From the NCBI RefSeq assembly GCF_001481685.1, contig NZ_CP006867.1, forward strand, positions 1,260,001 to 1,292,000: DNA of 32,000 nucleotides, written 5' to 3'. Positions 26,945 to 32,000 of the stretch are shown here, piece by piece. Each line of letters starts with the position of its first letter. Within the stretch, counting starts at the first letter, position 1. This stretch comes from Ignicoccus islandicus DSM 13165. GTDB lineage: Archaea > Thermoproteota > Thermoprotei_A > Sulfolobales > Ignicoccaceae. The position numbers and the translations under genes are program-made. The notes under the pieces are model-generated. The model saw nothing but the letters and a program-made list of their open reading frames with translations, had not been told where the DNA came from and searched no databases.

Positions 26945-27137
26945 CGTAACCCTTTACAATGCCGGGTCTAACCTCATATGATAAGATATATAGCTTTCCT
27001 CTAAGCTTCCATAGAACGTTCCTCCAACACCTTTCCACTTCCAAGGGTTCCCCGGAAATCTCGAACTCCTCGCCTCGTATGCTAGCTGGCAAGTCCTCAC
27101 AAGAAATTTCTATACCATTTAACTTCAGGATATTCGA

Positions 27138-27707
27138 TCACCTCTCGAACCCTTCTATAAAGGATTCTAATAGTCTTCTACACCTCTCACAGTACTCCTC
27201 TCCCTTTGCGTCAACTTCATTAATGCTGTTTGAAAAGGCCATAACACAGCGTGGGTTGGGACAGTGCTCTAGTCCGTAAAGGTGACCTAATTCGTGCAAT
27301 ACTTCTTTTCTTAATCTAGAAATAAGTGCGTTATAATCCGGAGGTAACCCATAGGTCTCGTTTCTTAAACGTGGTAAGAACACAGCTCCAGATCCAATTG
27401 ATGGCAAAGCTATTCCGAACACGAAATTTAGTGGTGGTTCGTAGGCATCGGCGTTTACAACGAAAATAGCTTTCTCGTAGGGTTTCAATTTAATTCCTAG
27501 TTTGGAAACTAACCCGAATACGAGGGCCGAGGCCACGTACTGCATTCTCTCCCAATCGAACGTACTTATGGGTGGTTGAAGCTTTTGCGGATAGATTAAT
27601 ACTTCTACATCGAAGGGTAAGTTTTCCTTTATTGCCAAAGCAGCGTTATCTAATAAGTCGCTCGAAACGTCGCCTACCCTAAAAATGTACACTCTCTGTT
27701 TCGTCAT
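27138..27707 (-). CDS. amzA: Archaemetzincin (peptidase M54)
   Basis: HELGHLYGLEHCPNPRCVM...CERC fits the archaemetzincin HExxHxxGxxxCxxxxCxM...CxxC signature. Start set at ATG 27707, with GGAGGT 10 nt upstream; the track start is 27737. Confidence 0.85.
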   Translation of the reverse strand: MTKQRVYIFRVGDVSSDLLDNAALAIKENLPFDVEVLIYPQKLQPPISTFDWERMQYVASALVFGLVSKLGIKLKPYEKAIFVVNADAYEPPLNFVFGIALPSIGSGAVFLPRLRNETYGLPPDYNALISRLRKEVLHELGHLYGLEHCPNPRCVMAFSNSINEVDAKGEEYCERCRRLLESFIEGFER

Positions 27708-27743
27708 TCTATTTACTACCTCCGCGTGTTCTAACACCGCTCG

Positions 27744-28601
27744 GTGGAAATTAACGTGACATTGTACTTCGGCGACGAAAGAAACGAGTCTTCGCCTTTC
27801 GTCGTATTAGGTTTCCCCGCAGACTTCACGGCTTCCTTCCGGTGTGGTTCGAGGGAAGCCCCTATAAGGGTTAGAGAAGCGTCTAAATTTATAGAATTTC
27901 GATCGATTCTAACGAATTTGAACATGGATGACGTTCTGTATGATGACGTAGGTGACGTACCTGTCGTTTACGGCGATATAGTTAGTTCGCTCAGAAATTT
28001 GGAAACTATGTTACTGGGATTAGAAGAATCTAAGGTACCAATAATTATCGGAGGTGAACATACGCTCACCTATTCATCCAGGGTTCTAAAGTACGATTGC
28101 CTATTAGTATTTGATGCGCATTTAGACCTAAGGGAAGAGTACTTAGGATACAAATGGAGCCATGCATCGTGGTTACTTAGGCTTTTAGAAACGGAAAACA
28201 ATCTCACTGTTGGTATATACGGATTTAGAGTATATGACGACCAAGAGATACTCAACGGAAAAAGAAATGGAGTTGACTTCTTGTTTACGCGTTCCCACCT
28301 AAATAAATGGCTAAGTAAATGTAAGAACGGTATCTACGTAAGCATAGATATGGACGTTTTAGATCCATCCATAGCCCCGGGCGTTAGTAATCCCGAACCG
28401 GGTGGACTAACTCTTCACGAGCTTCTCGCAGCGCTAAGAGATGCCCTTTCAAAGGTGCCTCTGAGGGGCATGGACGTGGTTGAAGTTTGTCCTCCTTGCG
28501 ACAAGGGCAACGTCACGTCCATCTTAGCTGCCAAATTGATAGTCGAAGTTACGAGCCTTCATTACGCGTTCTGGATTAAAAATAAAAAGAAGCTCTGGTA
28601 A
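27744..28601 (+). CDS. speB: Agmatinase (arginase/ureohydrolase family)
   Basis: Mn-binding motifs GGEHTLTY, FDAHLDL and SIDMDVLDPSIAPG. GTG start. Confidence 0.85.
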   Translation: MEINVTLYFGDERNESSPFVVLGFPADFTASFRCGSREAPIRVREASKFIEFRSILTNLNMDDVLYDDVGDVPVVYGDIVSSLRNLETMLLGLEESKVPIIIGGEHTLTYSSRVLKYDCLLVFDAHLDLREEYLGYKWSHASWLLRLLETENNLTVGIYGFRVYDDQEILNGKRNGVDFLFTRSHLNKWLSKCKNGIYVSIDMDVLDPSIAPGVSNPEPGGLTLHELLAALRDALSKVPLRGMDVVEVCPPCDKGNVTSILAAKLIVEVTSLHYAFWIKNKKKLW

Positions 28602-28621
28602 CGAGAAACATCCAATGAGAT

Positions 28622-29572
28622 TTATTGGGTATTCTTATTCTCCTTTTCTAGAATTTTTATTAGTTCCTTATACCTATTCCTAACGGTAACCTCCGTCACG
28701 CCCGCTACTTGGGCTATCTCCTTCTGAGTTCTCCTTTCACCTTTTTGCATTACCGCAATATATATTGCTGCAGCAGCTATACCGGCTGGGTCTTTTCCGG
28801 CAGTAATTGCGTGACCCTTAACTTTCTTCATAATATTTATCGCCTCGGCTATGATATCGCCTCTGAGACCTAGTTGTTGACCTATTCTAGGTATGTGATC
28901 TATGGGATCAGTAATCGGGATGTCTAACTTGAGTTCCTTAAGCATGAGCCTGTAACATCTAGCCATATCTTTTCTATTAACACCTAACGCCTTCGAAATT
29001 TCATCGAGAGTTCTAGGTTGATGGTGTATCCTACAAGCCGCGTAAATTACTGCCGCTACGACGGATTCTATGCTTCTACCCCTTACAAGTCCTTTCTCGA
29101 CGGCTTTCCTATATATTACTGCTGCCTCTTCTTTTATCTGCTTTGGTAGACCAAGTATGTTTGCAAACTTATCTAATTCGTTCATAGCTATTGTTAGGTT
29201 TCTATCCATACCAGTCTGCATTCTAGTTCTCATTTGCCATTTACGCCACCGAAGAACCTCCATTCTTCTCCTAGCGTCAAGTCTCCTACCAAGAGCGTCT
29301 CTATCCCTATGATCAATTATAGTCGAAATACCTTGATCGTGAAGGGTTGGTGAAAGGGGGGCACCAGTTCTACCTCTCCTCTCCCTTTCCTCAGGGGTGA
29401 AGGCCCTCCATTCGGGCCCTTGATCGATGTACTTATCCATTATTACGGTACCGCACCTAGCACAGACGTACTCACCGGTATCTTCTTTAAATATTATGTC
29501 AGTACTACCACACACGGGGCACCGCAAGGGTTGCTTCTCTTCCGAGTGTTGGGCGCCGACATCGGGTGACAC
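28622..29572 (-). CDS. tfb: Transcription initiation factor B (TFB)
   Basis: Zn ribbon CPVCGS...CARCG and GPEWRAF linker. Two cyclin repeats ending in [23 protein letters not shown] start. Confidence 0.93.
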   Translation of the reverse strand: MSPDVGAQHSEEKQPLRCPVCGSTDIIFKEDTGEYVCARCGTVIMDKYIDQGPEWRAFTPEERERRGRTGAPLSPTLHDQGISTIIDHRDRDALGRRLDARRRMEVLRWRKWQMRTRMQTGMDRNLTIAMNELDKFANILGLPKQIKEEAAVIYRKAVEKGLVRGRSIESVVAAVIYAACRIHHQPRTLDEISKALGVNRKDMARCYRLMLKELKLDIPITDPIDHIPRIGQQLGLRGDIIAEAINIMKKVKGHAITAGKDPAGIAAAAIYIAVMQKGERRTQKEIAQVAGVTEVTVRNRYKELIKILEKENKNTQ

Positions 29573-29814
29573 AACTCAACACCCCATTAAGATGGTCCAT
29601 AATTGAAACACCAGTATTGCTTAAAAGTTTATCCCTAAAGCTTTAATCCCCTCCAAATTAACTAATATGTATTACCCGTACCCGTTACGGGTGTAGAGGC
29701 TTCGGAGGTATCAAGGACAAGCTAGCATGTTACGCGAGATTAATTAGGATAGAACATACTCTTTTCAGTTTACCGTTCGCGTATTCTGGAGCGATACTCG
29801 TTAGACCACCCAAC

Positions 29815-30579
29815 TTGAAAGAGTTCATATTAATCCTAACAGCGCTGTTTGGAATAAGAGCTTATTCATTGATAATAAACAATCTTCTCGATATTAACAT
29901 AGATAGAGCTAACCCTAGGACGGCGAATAGACCTTTACCAAGCGGTTGCGTAAGCGTCATCGAAGCCATTACCTTAGGCATTCTATCACTTATCCTATAC
30001 TTCATCTCTGCCGCGCTTCTCAACTATTACGCTCTATTACTTTCTCCTATCTTTCCTATACTATCTACCATATACCCTCTACTCAAGAGATGTTGTCCTA
30101 TAGCCCATTTCTGGTTAGGAGCTATACTAGGAAGCTCGGTAATAGGAGGTTCTATCGCAGTTAGCGGTGATGCACCGACCCTAATAGATGCGTTGGGGAG
30201 GGTTCCCTGGATATACGTGATAAGCGTTTGGTTATGGGTGGCGTCGTTTGATTCGATATATGCTATTGAAGATATTGAATTTGATAGGAAATATGGTCTT
30301 CATAGCGTTCCAGCCGACTATGGAATAGAAAAGACTAAAGCCATCGTTGAGTTCTCTTCACTCATTTTCTCCGCACTAATGATATGGAGCATGAAAGTGT
30401 ACTCGTTAAACGTATTTTCCTCGCTATTAATGGCATACGGTTTAGGAACGTACTGGAAGTTAATTGGAATGTTGGAACTTGATCCCTATGAGGCCGCAAG
30501 CAAAAGCTTGAATGTTAACGTAAAGGTTGGCGTTGCTTTAGGAGTGGCCCCTCTTTTGAAGCTATTGCCACTAATGTAG
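29815..30579 (+). CDS. UbiA-family aromatic prenyltransferase (4-hydroxybenzoate polyprenyltransferase-like); 5' end problematic
   Basis: Asp-rich motifs NNLLDINIDRANPRTANRPLPSG and YAIEDIEFDRKYG; multi-TM. UbiA-like sequence (KLACYARLIRIEHTLFSLPFAYSGAIL) continues in the same frame upstream to about 29707, with no ATG/GTG/TTG. Confidence 0.8.
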   Translation: MKEFILILTALFGIRAYSLIINNLLDINIDRANPRTANRPLPSGCVSVIEAITLGILSLILYFISAALLNYYALLLSPIFPILSTIYPLLKRCCPIAHFWLGAILGSSVIGGSIAVSGDAPTLIDALGRVPWIYVISVWLWVASFDSIYAIEDIEFDRKYGLHSVPADYGIEKTKAIVEFSSLIFSALMIWSMKVYSLNVFSSLLMAYGLGTYWKLIGMLELDPYEAASKSLNVNVKVGVALGVAPLLKLLPLM

Positions 30580-30614
30580 TTTTCAAATAATTGTAGGTAA
30601 CGTAGTTCTCATCT

Positions 30615-31238
30615 TCACATAACGTAATTTTTCCAATACCCTTCTTGAACTTCTTCAAGATCTATGCATATTTCTCGGGTTCTTACAGTTCTATCCTTCC
30701 ACTTCTTCTTAGGTCTAACATCTGGGTATAGATACATTCGTCCATCGATTATCAAATATCTTATAACTCTTCTCTTATCCTTTACCCAAGGGAACCTCTC
30801 TCTCCATTCCTTAAACGAATCGTTACTGATTACTATTCCATATTCGTTCTCGGCGGTTGCAAGAATGAAGTAGTCAGCTGGAGTATTAGGTGGTGCTTGT
30901 ATTACCCTTCCAAGTTCTATCAACTTATCGAGCTTATCAGGCTTATCTATTTTATGACGTAGAGAGGCATCCGCGATCGCTATTACTTTAAACCCCCTTT
31001 CTTCGAGCGTCTTAATGGCTATCAAAGCCCTCTCAATACTTCCTTTCTTAGACTTTTTCTCACCATATAAAGCTATGTTAGATATATCTAAAACAGCGAC
31101 GTTCTGCGGTACCTTAATCTTGATGTTTTGGTTTTCCCTCTTCCTTTCGATTAATCTTTTCAAATACGGAAATGCGGTAATATACAATATACTGGTTAAG
31201 CTCGCAATAAGCGCCGCAATGACTATTTCGATCATCAA
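30615..31238 (-). CDS. Membrane-anchored NYN (Zc3h12a-like) ribonuclease
   Basis: N-terminal TM helix IEIVIAALIASLTSILYITAF. NYN motifs VAVLDISNIAL, IADASLRHKID and ADYFILATAENEYGIVISNDSF. Confidence 0.7.
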   Translation of the reverse strand: MMIEIVIAALIASLTSILYITAFPYLKRLIERKRENQNIKIKVPQNVAVLDISNIALYGEKKSKKGSIERALIAIKTLEERGFKVIAIADASLRHKIDKPDKLDKLIELGRVIQAPPNTPADYFILATAENEYGIVISNDSFKEWRERFPWVKDKRRVIRYLIIDGRMYLYPDVRPKKKWKDRTVRTREICIDLEEVQEGYWKNYVM

Positions 31239-31312
31239 TTGTTATCCGAAGGTGAAACATCAATGAAGATTAAAGTAGAGTGCTGAGATATTCTTAAAAG
31301 GGTTATTTGGGT

Positions 31313-32000
31313 TTGAAAATTGCCGTACCAAGCAAAGGGAGACTTAGAGACAAGACGCTGGAACTTCTCGAAGCTGCTGGTTTCGGAACGATATACGCTG
31401 ATCCTAGGGCCTTGATCATTCCAACTAAGTATAATGGGATTGACTTGGTATTTGTGCGTCCGGAAGACATTCCTTGGATCGTAGAAAGCGGTGCTGCCCA
31501 AATGGGTATTACTGGCCACGATTACGTTGTAGAGGCGGGGGTTGAGGTAGAAGAAGTTCTGGATCTAGGTTACGGAAATTCGCGACTCGTTCTCGCAGTT
31601 CCCAATAATCTTGGTATTGAAAAAGCAGAAGAATTACCCGAAGGTACAAGGGTTGCTACTAAGTTCGTAAATATTTCCAAGAAGTTTATAAACGAAAGAA
31701 ACCTTAAGTGGAAAATAATTAAGATCAGTGGATCCGCCGAAATAATGCCTGGACTAGGGGCTGCAGATGCGATAATTGACATTTCCTCTACCGGCACCAC
31801 GCTCCGGCTTCACGGATTAAAGGCTATAGAAGTACTATTGGAGAGTAGTGCGAGATTAATAGTTAATAAAGAGTTCGTTAACGACGATAAGGTCGAGCTA
31901 GTGAAAACAATGATAGAAGGTGTCTTAAAGGCTCGGAAGAAGAAGTTACTAATGATGAACGTTCCTGAGAGAAGTCTAAAGGAGGTCTTGTCTGTACTAC
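31313..32000 (+). CDS. hisG: ATP phosphoribosyltransferase (3' end outside the window)
   Basis: Not in the ORF track. Hand translation from TTG 31313 gives (M)KIAVPSKGRLRDKTLELLEAAGF...VRPEDIPWIVESGAAQMGITGHD...GSAEIMPGLGAADAIIDISSTGTTLRLHGLK, with no stop up to 32000. There is an in-frame TAA at 31295. Confidence 0.9.
   Translation, partial: MKIAVPSKGRLRDKTLELLEAAGFGTIYADPRALIIPTKYNGIDLVFVRPEDIPWIVESGAAQMGITGHDYVVEAGVEVEEVLDLGYGNSRLVLAVPNNLGIEKAEELPEGTRVATKFVNISKKFINERNLKWKIIKISGSAEIMPGLGAADAIIDISSTGTTLRLHGLKAIEVLLESSARLIVNKEFVNDDKVELVKTMIEGVLKARKKKLLMMNVPERSLKEVLSVL

Noticed and set aside
26959-27279. Plus-strand 106-aa ORF spanning the convergent spacer and the archaemetzincin 3' end
   Set aside because: It is Ser-rich and low complexity, and is antisense to a motif-supported CDS for half its length.
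31235-31800. Two minus-strand track ORFs (94 aa and 76 aa)
   Set aside because: They lie antisense to a clear hisG reading frame on the + strand (TTG 31313 onward). The track omitted hisG because it has no stop inside the window.
1-32000. Remaining short track ORFs nested in or antisense to longer motif-supported genes (for example 230..520, 2674..3202, 3680..4258, 4837..5079, 5182..5561, 5706..5969, 8411..8629, 9550..9741, 10407..11064, 15026..15382, 16494..17043, 17963..18265, 18909..19670, 21082..21363, 21943..22125, 24456..24779, 27731..27925, 28070..28255, 29070..29312, 29946..30164, 30664..31266). Also checked for a CRISPR array, IS element or rRNA.
   Set aside because: The ORFs have biased low-complexity composition and each overlaps a longer CDS with clear family motifs. 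No repeat-spacer periodicity, terminal inverted repeats with a transposase, or rRNA-like conserved segments were seen anywhere in the window.

Overview
Archaeal chromosomal segment, most consistent with a crenarchaeote of the Sulfolobales type. Supporting signs are TFB, NAC, ribosomal protein S6e and a probable L38e, an aCPSF2-like beta-CASP nuclease, an Rnl3-type RNA ligase, and a tRNA gene with a 27-nt intron after position 37. AT-rich TATA-like boxes lie 25-40 nt upstream of many starts, and GTG/TTG starts are frequent. I count about 34 protein genes and 2 tRNA genes, tightly packed and mostly housekeeping: haem (hemL-hemC), branched-chain amino acids (ilvB-ilvN), histidine (hisG), a Cys/Met PLP enzyme, tRNA modification (tmcA, trm5-like), agmatinase and TFB. 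hisG is absent from the ORF track because it starts with TTG at 31313 and runs off the window. I found no CRISPR array, IS/transposase, rRNA or recognisable canonical defence operon. The least ordinary stretch is about 7.6-14.3 kb. It holds a tyrosine recombinase whose ORF overruns its catalytic domain by about 100 codons, antisense to two small membrane ORFs. It also holds a DUF5658-like membrane protein translationally coupled to a permease-less ABC ATPase, a CBS protein, a cysteine-less truncated TFB paralogue, and an orphan zinc-hook Rad50/SMC-like ATPase 48 nt downstream of tRNA-Ser with no mre11/herA/nurA. Single-gene oddities elsewhere are a PLD/TrmB-C-like protein interrupted by a hydrophobic insertion beside tRNA-Thr, a membrane-anchored NYN RNase, and a UbiA gene whose conserved N-terminus has no usable start codon in frame. 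None of these can be shown to be a new system from this window alone. All functional calls rest on motif recognition by eye; no database search was run.
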